Part shown: positions 22,381 to 46,786 of the stretch, one piece after another | How positions within the stretch are numbered: the stretch's first letter is position 1 | Layout: each line of letters begins with the position of its first letter | Source of the DNA: Chrysemys picta bellii | Taxonomy: Eukaryota | DNA: 64,000 nt | Assembly (NCBI RefSeq): GCF_011386835.1 | Contig: NC_088800.1 | Span: forward strand, 19,344,001 to 19,408,000 | Reading direction: 5' to 3' | The notes under the pieces: generated by a model | Seen by the model: the letters and a program-made list of their open reading frames with translations, nothing else | Told to the model about the DNA's origin: nothing | Database searches by the model: none | Translations under genes and position numbers: made by a program

Positions 22381-25300
22381 GTGAGAGCCGGGGGATGGGG
22401 GAGTTCGGGGGTGTGTAGGGAAATCGCTGGGTGGGTGGCCGGGAGGGGGCTGCGGGAGGGAACGCTCATGGGGAGCCTCCTGGTGACGCCTTCCTCCCGC
22501 CTGTGGTCTGCTGCAGCTGCCCCAGTGAGGTGGCGAGGTCAGCGCACGGGGCTGGGGTTGGTGGTGCCCGTGGCCTGCAGAGCCCAGCGCCGTCTAACGG
22601 TCCCTGTCCTGCCCTAGGGTCACCAATGGCGGCAAGACCACGCTGACTCACAAGCTCATGCAGGCCCTGCCCAACTGCAGCGTGGTGCATCAGGATGACT
22701 TCTTCAAGGTGAGTGGCCTGTGCGGGAACCTGTGCATGAGGTGACCCAGGACTCCTGGGTGCCCCGCTCCGCTTCCCGCTCATGGCCAAAGTTGCTTGTC
22801 ACTGGCGCACCCTGTGCTGTTGGCAGAGGGTGACTGGGCTGGGGCCAGCTGTGTGGCTGGTGGATAAGCTCCTGGGCAGTGTCCTGATGACTTTCCACTT
22901 TCCTGGAGCACTCCGCGTTAGTGGGAAGATAAAGGAGCCAACTGCTTTATCACAGTCTTCTTACTGCTTCTTATCTTGCCACAAACGAACCCTGTGGTGG
23001 GTCAAGGCACTCACTGTTAGGATATAGATATTCAGGCCTGTCTGTAAAGGTCTGTACTTTAAGAATTTAGGTGTATTCTGATCAGTTAGCTAGTTATAGA
23101 GGTATAAAAGCCTCAAAATCACTGTCTGCTGGTGTAAGGGCCTTCTCTTACTGTGACAGTCTGAGGCCTTGTTCTTAGGCTAAGCAGCAAAGGCAGCCAT
23201 AATCTGGGAAGTGTATGGTCACAGGCTCACATTCCAAACTAGTCACATTGAAATAAGATGCTTTTGGGCTGTTAAGAATAACAGGACAGGATTGTATTCC
23301 TATCACCTCCAGGGAAAGGGAAAAGCCTAGAAGATGTAAAAGGAAACTTAGTTTGATAGCATCCTGTCTGGCAAGAACTCACTTATCAATAACTGGGATG
23401 TGAAATCCTCATTTCTGTATTGTTCTATCTCTGTAGTCTCCACTTCCCTATTGTTTGTCTGTATGATCTCTGTCTGGTTCTGTGATTGTTTCTGTCTGCT
23501 ATATAATTAATTTTGTTGGGTGTAAACCAATTAAGGTGGTGGGATATAATTGGTTAAAGAACCATGTTACAGTATGTTAGGATTGGTTAGTTAAATTTCA
23601 GTAAAATGATTGGTTAAGGTATAGCTAAGCAGAACTCAAGTTTTACTATATAGTCTACTGTCAATCAGAAAGTAAGGGGGGGATGGGGGAATTGGAATCA
23701 TGTTTCGCTAAGGGAGGGGGGAATGGGAACAGGGACATAGGCAAGGCTCTGTGGTGTCAGAGCTGGGAAGGGGGACACTGAGGAAGGAAACTCGAATCAT
23801 GCTCGCTGGAAGTTCACCCCAATAAACATCAAATTGTTTGCACCTTTGGACTTTGGGTATTGTTGCTCTCTGTTCATGCAAGAAGGACCAGGGAAGTGAG
23901 AAGGTGAAGGAATAAGCCCCCTAACACTCTTATGCAAAGGGATGTTTTCCAGTGAAGTTTAGGTCTTTAATCTGGCTTTAAAATGAATGTTGAGCTTTGC
24001 AGTAGCCGGTCAGACTAAAGCTGTTCTCTTTATCACTGTTTCAGCCCCAGGATGACATAGAAGTTGAAGATGGATTTAAACAGTATGATGGTAAGGCCCT
24101 GCTTATTGAACCATCCATGTAGAAATTGTAACTCTTAAAAGGATATCTGTTCTCTTTCCTATTCATGTTGCTTTCCTTCTGGTGACTCTTCTGATAGTCA
24201 TAGCACTTAATTACTTTTCTGGGCTTTTGTCTTAGTTATTAGTGCCTTGGATATGGAAGCTATGATGAGTACCATCAATGCTTGGATGAAAAACCCAATT
24301 AAGTTTGAACGCTCACATGGCATCAATAACACCTTGGATGCCAAAATATTACAGTATTCAGGAGAGAGAGATGAAACAATCCATATTCTTATTGTAGAAG
24401 GCTTTCTTCTTTACACTTACAGGTAACTAAAGACTTACAATATGTCTGATAACTAGTAATTCTGGCTTGATATGTATTTTGTTTTCTATTAGGTAAAGTT
24501 GCAGGAAGTCAAACTGATTCTTAAAACTAGAGTTGGGCAAATAACTGATTTTTCTGTTTGCTGGTAATTCTGAAAAATACAAAATTGGTTTGAAACAAAT
24601 CTAAAAATTGCAAAATAGTTGGCAAATTTTAAAAAATCCATATTGGGTCAAACAGAACATCCTATTTGTCCCAGAACATATTGTTTCGGGCATTTTTAAA
24701 GGGCTAGATTCATGAAATGGGCCAGGAGGAGGTGGATCCCCCTTGTAAACTTTGGTCAAGTGATTAGGGAACCCCCTGGGATGTGGGAGGCAAGGTTCAA
24801 TTCTCCCCTCTACCTGATGTGGAGAAGGGATTTGAACATTGGTCTCCCACATTGCAGGAGAGTTCCTGACCCTCAGGCTATAGGATATGCAGGTGGCAGG
24901 TTTCTCAGTCTCTCCTGTTGAAACTGTTCCACTTCCTGTAAATGGTCATTGGAGCAGGGTCTTGAATGTTGGTGTCCCACAACCACCAAACTATAGGGTA
25001 ATTCTCACTTTCCCTACCTCAATGACTAATTTATTGTCATTATGAATACATTAATCGTAACCACTAAGCTAAAGGTATTGAACATACCTACCTCTTACAC
25101 AGTGTTCTTCATCAGCTTCTAATTCTCGTCACGATGCCTGTGAGCTAGGGAAGTATTAGTTCTATTTTATAGATGGAACTGAGGCACAGAGAAGCTAAAT
25201 GACTTGCCACTTGGGTCTCTCAAGTCCTAGGCTAGTGCCCTTGCCACTGAACCACCCGGTCTTGCTCTGACCATTTTGTGAATTGCATCTAAGTCCTGGG

Positions 25301-27476
25301 ACGGAGGATTTTGGCCAAAACTCTTTGGCATATTATTGTTAAAGTTGCAAATAGCTTCAGGTTGACTGAAACTGCAGTTTTTATTAATAAACCACGTCTA
25401 GAAAAAATTCACTCAGTTCTAAGTACAATTTATATGCTTAACTTTTTAAAGCGGCACCTAAAATTATTGGAATTGTCATACCGTCATCAGACAGCCCATG
25501 CAACTGGGTATCCTGCTGTCAATTGCCAATCAGAAATCATAGGAAGGTGTAAAAATCTCCACTAATGCTCTTACTAATGTTGCACCTTTAGTTCTTATGC
25601 AGATCAAATAGAGTAGCTGTAAAATATACAAAAACTAGAGAATTTCTTTTTCAGACCATTGATTGAGATATTCAACCATCGGTACTTCCTTTCCATTCCA
25701 TATGAAGAATGCAAGAAAAGGAGGAGGTAGGCTTTGATGTTTTTTCTTAAATGAAGTAATCAGTAAGGTAATCTGGTAATTACTACATTTTATTTATAAA
25801 GCTTTATTTGGTTCAGGCAGCAGTAGAGGATGCTTGAGAGAGTCTTAGATTTACTGGGTTAGTCATTTAATTGCGTACTCCATGGTATCTGAGAAGTTCC
25901 TGCAAAGTTCTAGAAATATACTAGCTGGTATCAAAAGCCAATATATAACTGAAATGGGCCCCAAAGCTCAAAGGATGAGAGATGCAAAAGAACCTGTGAG
26001 GTCTGAATTGTTTGGGATATGGCTTTCCAGACAATCTCTTGACATTGTCTTCATTATTGAGTCTTCAGGATTTAAGAATCGCCTATATGAGAAGAGTTTT
26101 CTTTAATGGTAAAATTGCCAGTTAGTACTCCGCTATCTTTTCCCTTCACTCCTTTACGAGAAACTAAGCTTTTGGGCCTTGTTTACATGTGGGATTTGTC
26201 CAGATTTCAGCCACTGGTATGGCAGTATTGGTGCAAAACTCCTGTAAGAAGGTAAAGCACTCTTTGCACTAGTGGAGCTTACCCCTTCCTGAAAGCAGGT
26301 TATGCTCCACTGGTGAAAACAGCTATTTTTGGCCTACCTTTGCTAGGGACTAGCCACTTTTGAAGTTCAAAACATGAAAGTTTCTCTTCTGTTTCATGCC
26401 ATAATTTAATGCATGATGTCCAAAAGCTACAGCAATTCTTGATATGAACAAATATCGTGTAAGTAAGGTCAGTTGATATAGAGTTCTGAGAATCTTAATC
26501 TGTCATTTCTGCAACCTGCCATACCTGTCATATCACACTTCATTATTCTGTTTTGTCTTCAATCTTTTTTGCAGCCGATACATAACATATCAACTTTGAC
26601 AAAAATTCAGAGAATTTACATCAAGATAACTAGTTTTGATTTGGTGGTGGGTAAAGAGATTGCACTGTATCTAGACTTCTTACCTTGTAACAAGAAATAC
26701 TTATGTACCACTGTCTTTATAATCTCTAGTTCAAGGAACTACACTGTACCAGATCCTCCTGGATTATTTGATGGCCATGTCTGGCCCATGTATGTTAAAC
26801 ATAAGAAAATAATGGAGGATTTCGAAGTGGATGTGGGTAAGTATATTGGATGGTGGAAGCTCAAGACTAGTGTATAGGGAAGTTTGTTTCTACTGTCTGC
26901 TCTGGGAGAGGGGGTACAATTTAAATAACTTAATTCAGTGAGTAGATTTGAACCAGTGCTACTTGTGATGTATGTAAGGCAGTTAAACTTCTTTGGGATT
27001 GGTCTAGTTCCTGGCCTATGTTTTAAAAAAAAAAAAAAAACTAGAGATTTGATAGGATTGTAATTCTAGGATGTTATCAGGATGTTTTTGTCTTCATTCA
27101 GAAATGTCTCAATTGTAACTTTTAAAAATATTTTTAAGTTCAATTGGATGGAACAAAATCAAAGGAGGAGCTGTTTAATGAAGTTTATGAACAGATCCAG
27201 AACAAGATTGAGAAACTGCTGCTTATGCAGGTAAAAAACAAACATGAAGCGTACCTCACTGCAATGGCAAACTGGCTTAATGTTTCTAAAATGAACAAGA
27301 GTAACTTTTTAAATACTTCTTTCAGAAACTCAGTGATTGCTAGTTGTACTCAGTAGAAGGGGGACTACTAGTGTTTTCAGACAGGAAAACAAAGCTGTTA
27401 ATTGTGTACACTATTGTAAGTGAGCCTCTTATGTATAATGTCAAACACTGAAATTTTCTTCGTTTTACAGAGATAG
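22355..27476 (+). CDS. NMRK2-like: Nicotinamide riboside kinase, NMRK2/MIBP-like, 208 aa, 8 coding exons (whole CDS span)
   Basis: Exons 22355-22380, 22618-22708, 24045-24090, 24236-24422, 25655-25726, 26730-26836, 27139-27230 and 27471-27476 sum to 627 nt with consistent phases. Motifs: P-loop [65 protein letters not shown]. Confidence 0.95.
22618..22708 (+). CDS. NMRK2-like: NMRK-like coding exon 2 (VTNGGKTT...HQDDFFK)
   Basis: Branch-point-like ctaac, then gccctag| acceptor; aag|gtgagt donor; 91 nt. Confidence 0.95.
23015..23926 (+). mobile_element. Solo LTR (912 bp) in NMRK-like intron 2
   Basis: TGTTAGG...CCTAACA inverted termini (TG..CA); several ATTGG boxes; TATATA at about 23647; AATAAA at 23821. 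TSD only partly matching (ctcac/ctctt). Confidence 0.8.
24045..24090 (+). CDS. NMRK2-like: NMRK-like coding exon 3 ([15 protein letters not shown])
   Basis: tgtttcag| acceptor; atg|gtaagg donor; 46 nt. Confidence 0.92.
24236..24422 (+). CDS. NMRK2-like: NMRK-like coding exon 4 (LDMEAMM...EGFLLYTY)
   Basis: ttgtcttag| acceptor; cag|gtaact donor; 187 nt in phase. Confidence 0.95.
24530..25010. mobile_element. Composite repeat with tRNA-like internal units
   Basis: Degenerate units such as ggcaaggttcaattctccc and gatttgaacattggtctccc; a related element lies at 59690-60230. Confidence 0.4.
25120..25255 (-). mobile_element. MIR/CORE-like SINE remnant
   Basis: ttttatagatggaactgaggcacagagaagctaaatgacttgcc core motif. 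Confidence 0.55.
25655..25726 (+). CDS. NMRK2-like: NMRK-like coding exon 5 ([23 protein letters not shown])
   Basis: ctttttcag| acceptor; gag|gtaggc donor; 72 nt. Confidence 0.95.
26730..26836 (+). CDS. NMRK2-like: NMRK-like coding exon 6 ([21 protein letters not shown]...)
   Basis: ctctag| acceptor; gtgg|gtaagt donor; 107 nt. Confidence 0.95.
27139..27230 (+). CDS. NMRK2-like: NMRK-like coding exon 7 ([12 protein letters not shown]...LLLMQ)
   Basis: tttttaag| acceptor; cag|gtaaaa donor; 92 nt. Confidence 0.9.
27471..27476 (+). CDS. NMRK2-like: NMRK-like terminal coding exon (R-stop)
   Basis: Strong acceptor ttttcttcgttttacag| followed by AGA TAG. Confidence 0.6.
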   Translation, partial: R

Positions 27477-28714
27477 ACAAGCAGCCGATGGATTCCTACG
27501 ATCTAAAAAGAAGCCTGTTAAAACTAACTTTTTTATGCGTACCAGACTTTAGCAGTTAAGCTTCTGCTTGTTAAGATTTCCTTTTTCACTTTTTAAAATT
27601 GGACTTCGTTCAGCTTTCACCTGAAACTCATGGAGTTAAATGTGGCCTTGATTAAAGCATTTCCCCTCCATGAAGTCTCTGTAGTTTAGTTCATGCTTAA
27701 AGTTTGAGACAAGCTTCCATATCCTAGATATAGAGAAAAGTAGTTGTCCTTGGAATGGGCCTGTATTTTAAATTTATATGCATTTATTTAGACTTTGACT
27801 TCTTGAATATGGTAGCACACTTGCCAGTTGGAAGTACAATGGCACTGCCATTGTCAATAAGTCCATACTCTAAGTTACAACTGTATCCTTTCCACTATTA
27901 ACACTTCCCATTCAATGCTGAAGGAAAAGGCATAAAAATAATCTGAAATGACAGTACACTTGAGATTCTATTGGGCAGCATTAAATGTGATTACAGGCAT
28001 GTAAACTTGAAGAAATTCTCCCTGATTAAAAAATGGTTTGTGATGAAATGGAACTCACTTGTGGGGTTAGGGTAAATGGAGTGATTTCTCCTCCCCCCCC
28101 CCCCCCCCAAAATTAAAAGCATCTGCTATCTTGGATTAAAGAATGGGACTGTTGTGAAAAGCAGAAATGGAGAAAATAAGGTGAGTTTTTGTAATACATC
28201 TTATTTGATCCTTATAATACAACCCTCCCCTCCCATTTGCTTACATGGGAATGTATTGTATTATAGGAGCAAAGGCTAGCAGGATCCTAAAATGTAACTA
28301 GTTTGACATCTTTATCAAATTCTAGCATGAGCAGAAGTGACCAAATAGGTAGCCATGGAAGGTGTTAGGTTTAAGCAAAAACCATTTTCAGTGGCACAGG
28401 AACACCTAAAGTAAATAACAGGTAAAACAGACAGAAGGGATTGAAATTGATGACCATCTAAACCTACTACAACTTAGTCTCCCAGTGCAGACTTTTAAAG
28501 TAAATACTAATTAACACTTAAACTATATTACACTTGTTTAGTATTATGGTATGCTCCCTCAGATTTCCTGGCTTCCTTAGAGTAGTATATAGCCTACAGA
28601 AAGGTGTACTTTTTTCTGTGCTCTGACTCTCAATAAGTCCTCCTATTTTTAAAAAAGTCCCAACTTATGTGTCAAGAGACTTGGCTCTTACATCCATAGA
28701 TGCAAACTGTGTCC

Positions 28715-29165
28715 GGTTCTGGCTGCCACCCTGTAAAAAAATGTGGACAAATTGGAGAAAGTCCAGGGGAGGAGAACAAAACAAACAAACCTGGGCATGT
28801 TACTTGAGAAAAGACGACCGAGGGAGGACTTAAAGTATGTAAAGATCTTAAAAGCTATTAAGAGAACTGTGATCAATTGTTTTCCATGTCCTTTTAGGTA
28901 TGACAAGAAGTAATGAGTTTAACCTAGATCTTCCTTGCGGCAGATTAAAGTATTTTCCTAATATCTATCGATAAGTTTAGTTAAGCTCTGGAATGTGTTT
29001 CCACAGGAGGTTGTGGAATTCCCTAATTGGAAGGGTTTTTTAGTTTTGTTTTAAAAACAATTTGGACAACTGTCATGGATGTCATAGGTTTATTTGGTCC
29101 TGACACTGCAGAGGCTTGGACTTGACTTCTTGATGTCCCTTCCATCTCTACATTTCTATGAAACT
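28715..29165 (+). mobile_element. Degraded CR1 3' fragment
   Basis: gttctggctgccacc...gacaaattggagaaagtccag...ggaggttgtggaattccc...cccttccatctctacatttctatga. Confidence 0.75.
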
Positions 29166-29799
29166 GTATAGTCCCTCACTTTTTCCATTGAGGGTAAGAG
29201 CAAAAGGTTACAGTGACAGAAATGCACTGTTTTGGAGATACAAGTTCATTTTCTATACTCTACACAAGTACAGTGGATTTTCCACAAGTAGTGTCCCTTA
29301 TTTTGCCTTTGCTCTCCCCTGATATTTAGAGCTTCAATTTCATCTTTTGCACCAGTCCAAGTCAGGTTTAAATGGATTTGCCAAATACTAGTGTAAATGA
29401 GATCAGAATTTGGGTTCAGGTTCTATCTGATACATACTATCTAGACTTTCCCCTTGACTCTCCCATGTTAGGGGGATCCACACTGACCAAGAAACACAAA
29501 TGGCCTCTTCCTGCTCAAGTACAGGGGGTATTTTTCTTTATTCTTAAGCTGTAACTTGCTGCTTTTTCATTTCTTTGCTTTCAAGGCTTGCTTCTCCTAC
29601 CTTGCTGACTATTACTACAGCATTGTGTGTTGTGAACAAGTGGAGGAGAAGGTTAGCATCCCTTGTTCTCTTCCTCTGACTTCATCCATTTCATGACTTT
29701 ATCACCTCTGATCACATTTCCTAAATCTGGAAGCTGCAGCTCTTGGCTGTCTATCATCTCAAACTTCTTCCATTTAGCCCAAGATGACAACTGGAAATG

Positions 29800-29955
29800 A
29801 AGAATGCTCTACTGGTGAGGATGCTAATGTGGGCACTAGGAGATCCAAATTCAAGTCTCTTCTCCATGACAGATTGACGCTGGGCAAGTCACCTAATCTT
29901 TGTTCCTTTCCTCAAAGGACTGTTGTGAGAGGCTCATTCTGGTGTAAGCAGTATC
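29800..29955 (+). mobile_element. MIR/CORE-like SINE remnant
   Basis: tRNA-like head followed by ctgggcaagtcacctaatct core. Confidence 0.45.
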
Positions 29956-30683
29956 AATAGAACTCTATCCTTATTGTCTTCTAGTGTTGCAATTGCTGTT
30001 ATTCTGGTCTTAGCTCTCCTTCCCTCCTATGTAGTCTTTTACCAAGACCTGCCAGTTGGGGCTGTTTTAAGATCATTGATATACAACTGTCTTGCTATCA
30101 CCATTGCTTAATACTTTATGCAGCAGTCATCTCATTTGGACTACCTGAAGTATTTTTTGCCTCATAACAGAGGAGGGAAAGTTAAATCTGAAATACAGCT
30201 GACAAATCTTCTCTCCCCCATTCTCCACTTTACAGGCTACATGAAGTACAAGATTTTTGTCCTTTTTATGGCCTCCTTCTTGCCCTATTCTTGTTTGCTC
30301 TGGATGTTTATTCATACTACTGCCTAGTTGTCTTCAGATCCCTCCTTAATACAGTTTAAATCAGCCATCTGTTCTCCAATCCATTCCCCATTCTTCCCTT
30401 GTTTTAAATTAGACTAAACATTCTTAAGGAATGTTAGTATTGTGTAAATTTAAAACACTTTTTTGAGGGGCAGAGCCTGAGTTTGACACCTCACCCTCAA
30501 TTTAGCAGTTGTCTATCCAGGGTAGCTTCTATCAACTGCCACCTCAAATTAAGTCCACTATTGATGGGGTAACATCTGACCTTCCCAGCCATGGCTTTAG
30601 CACTTGCTCTGAAATTGCCATTGACCACTTCAATCTATCAGCACAATCCCCTTCCAGCATAATATCCATCACTATGGTCTTTC

Positions 30684-30866
30684 CTTACCCCGATATACAG
30701 TGACCTGCTATAACACCAATTCTGATATAACATGGTAAAGCAGTGCTCCGGGGGGGCAGGGCTGTGCACTCTGGCAGATCAAAGCAAGTTTGATATAACG
30801 CAGTTTCACTAATATGTGGTAGGATTTTTTGGCTCCCAAGGACAGTGTTATATGGAGGTAGGTGTA
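30684..30866. mobile_element. Tc1/mariner-type MITE
   Basis: Termini taccccgatata / tatatggaggtaggtgta; repeated gatataac motifs; ends on TA. Confidence 0.65.
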
Positions 30867-31966
30867 ATTGTTCTTACATGGTTCCCCTAAGGACACCTAT
30901 GGGGCAGATCAGTGAGAGGGAGAGAGATTGATTCCTTCCTTCCTGCTTCAAAACCTACTGTGTTGGGTGGAGAAAAAGCAGCAACAGAGCCCCTGGCATG
31001 TATGTAGGGGGCAGGGGGGAATGGAGGAATGCAAGAAGCTCCTGCTTTGTGCAGTAAGTTTGACCTATCGACAGAACAGCATGCCCTAGTTACATGTACT
31101 TAAATTAAGGGAAGGTAACCATTTTAGTACTACCCAAACCATGAATGCCATGAGCAAACTAATGAATAAAGGAAGTCTCATCTATCAGTATTGCACACAC
31201 AGCTAAACTTCCCCTTTCCTGTCATTTTTTAAATCTGGCTCTAGACTTGTCTGAACTCCAGTCAGGATGAACAGAGGTAGAGAGGCCTGTTCTGTGATTA
31301 GTGCTGAAACTAGAACTTCCTCTAACTTGATAGGAACTAGATCATGCTGATGGGTGAATGACAAACTATTAAGTCACTTAACTAAAAATAGGTTATTTAT
31401 TCTATGCTAGATAGATATCCAGTGTTTTGAACTGAAACACCATTTAGATCACTAGTCTGCATATGCAGACTAACAGATGTCTTACAATAACAGAAGTTTA
31501 AATGATACATTTAATATTGGAAGGTATATAGCAGTTATTATGTAGCTCCTATTGTTTCCATGCTGACTAAGTGTACAAAGTAACAATCAGATGCAATAGG
31601 CTTTAGTAAGTAAACTTACATAGAGTGGGATCTTAAAGAGACACAATCAGTTATTTAGAGTTGGGTTCAGACTCACTCCTTTGTGTTACGATACTCTCGT
31701 ATGGTACCTATCATCAGTAGAAAACTATCATTTCCACCCCACTGTTCCACCATTAACCCCAATGACATTTTAGTAACAAGACATCTTACATTACTTTTAA
31801 ATTCAAGGTTTAATTTTCACCAGAAGCAAAACCTGGTCTTTGATAAATCAAGTACAATATCCACAGAAGTATGTGCTATTATTTTTGAGAGAACAGGTGT
31901 GTGTTTTTAAAAGTTGTTCCTTTTCTTAGACTTAGTTCTGGCCAGTAAGCAAAGTTGATTGGATCA

Positions 31967-45248
<13,282 letters not shown>

Positions 45249-46056
45249 TTATTGTTGGTTGGTAGTGGATTCTAGAGTTCACCATAATTGACTGTGTTGT
45301 TTTAAATATTATAAGCACCACCCAGAGCATGGGATAGGTGCTCACAGAATATATATTTTAATAACCAAATAAAAAACATACAAGCATTTTATTTTTTCTT
45401 ACGTGCTGAGACTGCTCAGGCTTCACAAACAATTACACCGGGAATTTCCGCTTTTATGCTGCTTTTGGGATGTGTGTGTTGCTATCAACTCTTGCAGGAG
45501 AAATGAAACACTCAGCTTGGGTCTTGGCGATGAAGAAAGCCGAGGGAATTCAGTGGAATGACAGCGTGGCCCTTATCTGTTTTAAGATCCTAAACCTATT
45601 ATGTATTTTAAAAAGTTTCAGTTCCCTGTCTACAATCACTTTTTAGCATCTAGGTCAACAAGTTATTGAGATGAATGTTACCAGATACAAAGTTCAAACC
45701 TGTGACCATCCACTCCTGAAATGACTAAAACAAATGTGAATCAGAATCATAAAAGACAGTGTTCCAGTCTAAAGATATGGCAAGTTATAGAGCATTACCA
45801 AGATTTATCTGATCTTTTATTGCAGTTAACCCAATATCAATATACATGACTTTAACCAAGAAAAAAAAAAGCCAACTATGAGAATTTTTCTCTATAAGTG
45901 CAACACCCTTTGATATTTTGCATCTAGTAAACAGATGGGGGGGGAACCCCTTTTAAATAGTTTAATCAATCATTTATAACCACAATTTACTTTTTTTTTT
46001 GCTCTGCATATTAGTAGGAAACATTTTGCTATTCTAAGCCATAAAGTTGGTGACAG

Positions 46057-46786
46057 CAGTGTTGCCAACTCTTACAATTTTAATCACGTCTCAATATTTA
46101 TTTATAAATATATCCCCAGCTCCTTATTTATTTAGCATGTGCACAGTTATCTAGCCAAGTGATGGCATCTTCAGTGGCGTGATGCAGTTCTTCTAGGCCA
46201 CCGCTGACTGGCTGCAGAGACCTTGCCCGGTCCGGAACCTGTTCAACCGGGACCACTGACAGGGCAGGTCAAAGTCAGGCAGGCAAACTGTGGGGTCGGT
46301 GACGAGGGACCAGTTGGGGATTATAACAGATATCCATTCCTTGCGCCAGAGTGTTTCCACCCTAACATATTGGAGTTCAACGATGCCTGTGACCCAAGGT
46401 AGCAGGACCCGTGATACCTTCACGAGCAGGCCAGTGTGCCATACGCCGCTGTTAGATCGATGAAAACAGCACCTGTTTTCAAGTTTCTCTGGAAGCCATT
46501 TTCAACAAATGTGGTCAGCACAAGTACTTGGTCAATGTGCAACGGCCTCAGCAAAAGCTCCTGAAGTCATGTCGTAAGATGAAAATCTCAGCATTCATTT
46601 TTAAAAAAAAGGGGGGGGGAGGGCTGGGGAGCAGGAGGAGTATGTTTCTGGCCACTCAGCGTTGCAGAGAAAAGCTTGAAAATACAAACCCCAAAGGCTC
46701 AAAACCCAGAAAGCAAATAGAAAAAAATATAATAAATGTTGGGTTAATATTTCATGACTTTCAAATGCTTGGAATTGGCAATACTG
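46057..46786. mobile_element. Non-autonomous DNA transposon interrupted by a LINE fragment
   Basis: TIRs cagtgttgccaa / ttggcaatactg; internal sequence related to 62275-62540. Confidence 0.55.
46124..46460 (-). mobile_element. Non-LTR retrotransposon 3' end (Ingi/Vingi- or RTEX-like)
   Basis: ORF text PDFDLPCQWSRLNRFRTGQGLC, then ELHHATEDAITWLDNCAHAK* and a (AAAT)n tail. Confidence 0.6.

Larger units (their letters stand above)
21740..22800. promoter_or_regulatory. CpG island / bidirectional promoter between the CDC42SE-like and NMRK-like genes
   Basis: High GC and CpG. CCAAT boxes in alternating orientation at 21883-21887 (ATTGG), 21969-21973, 22006-22010 (ATTGG) and 22054-22058. GC boxes GGGGCGTGGC at about 21803 and GGGCGTG at about 22059. 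Candidate - strand first-exon donor tcc|gtgagt at 21852. Confidence 0.75.

Noticed and set aside
21587-23027. Many overlapping ORFs of 60-200 aa, including the 200-aa ORF at 21772-22374
   Set aside because: GC-rich island artefacts with low-complexity translations; the real coding parts are the short NMRK exons.
26569-26877. 102-aa ORF as a standalone gene
   Set aside because: It is NMRK exon 6 plus in-frame intron sequence.
28093-28108. Long C/G homopolymers (also about 34509-34532 and 50783-50802)
   Set aside because: Simple runs prone to sequencing and slippage error; no evidence of function.
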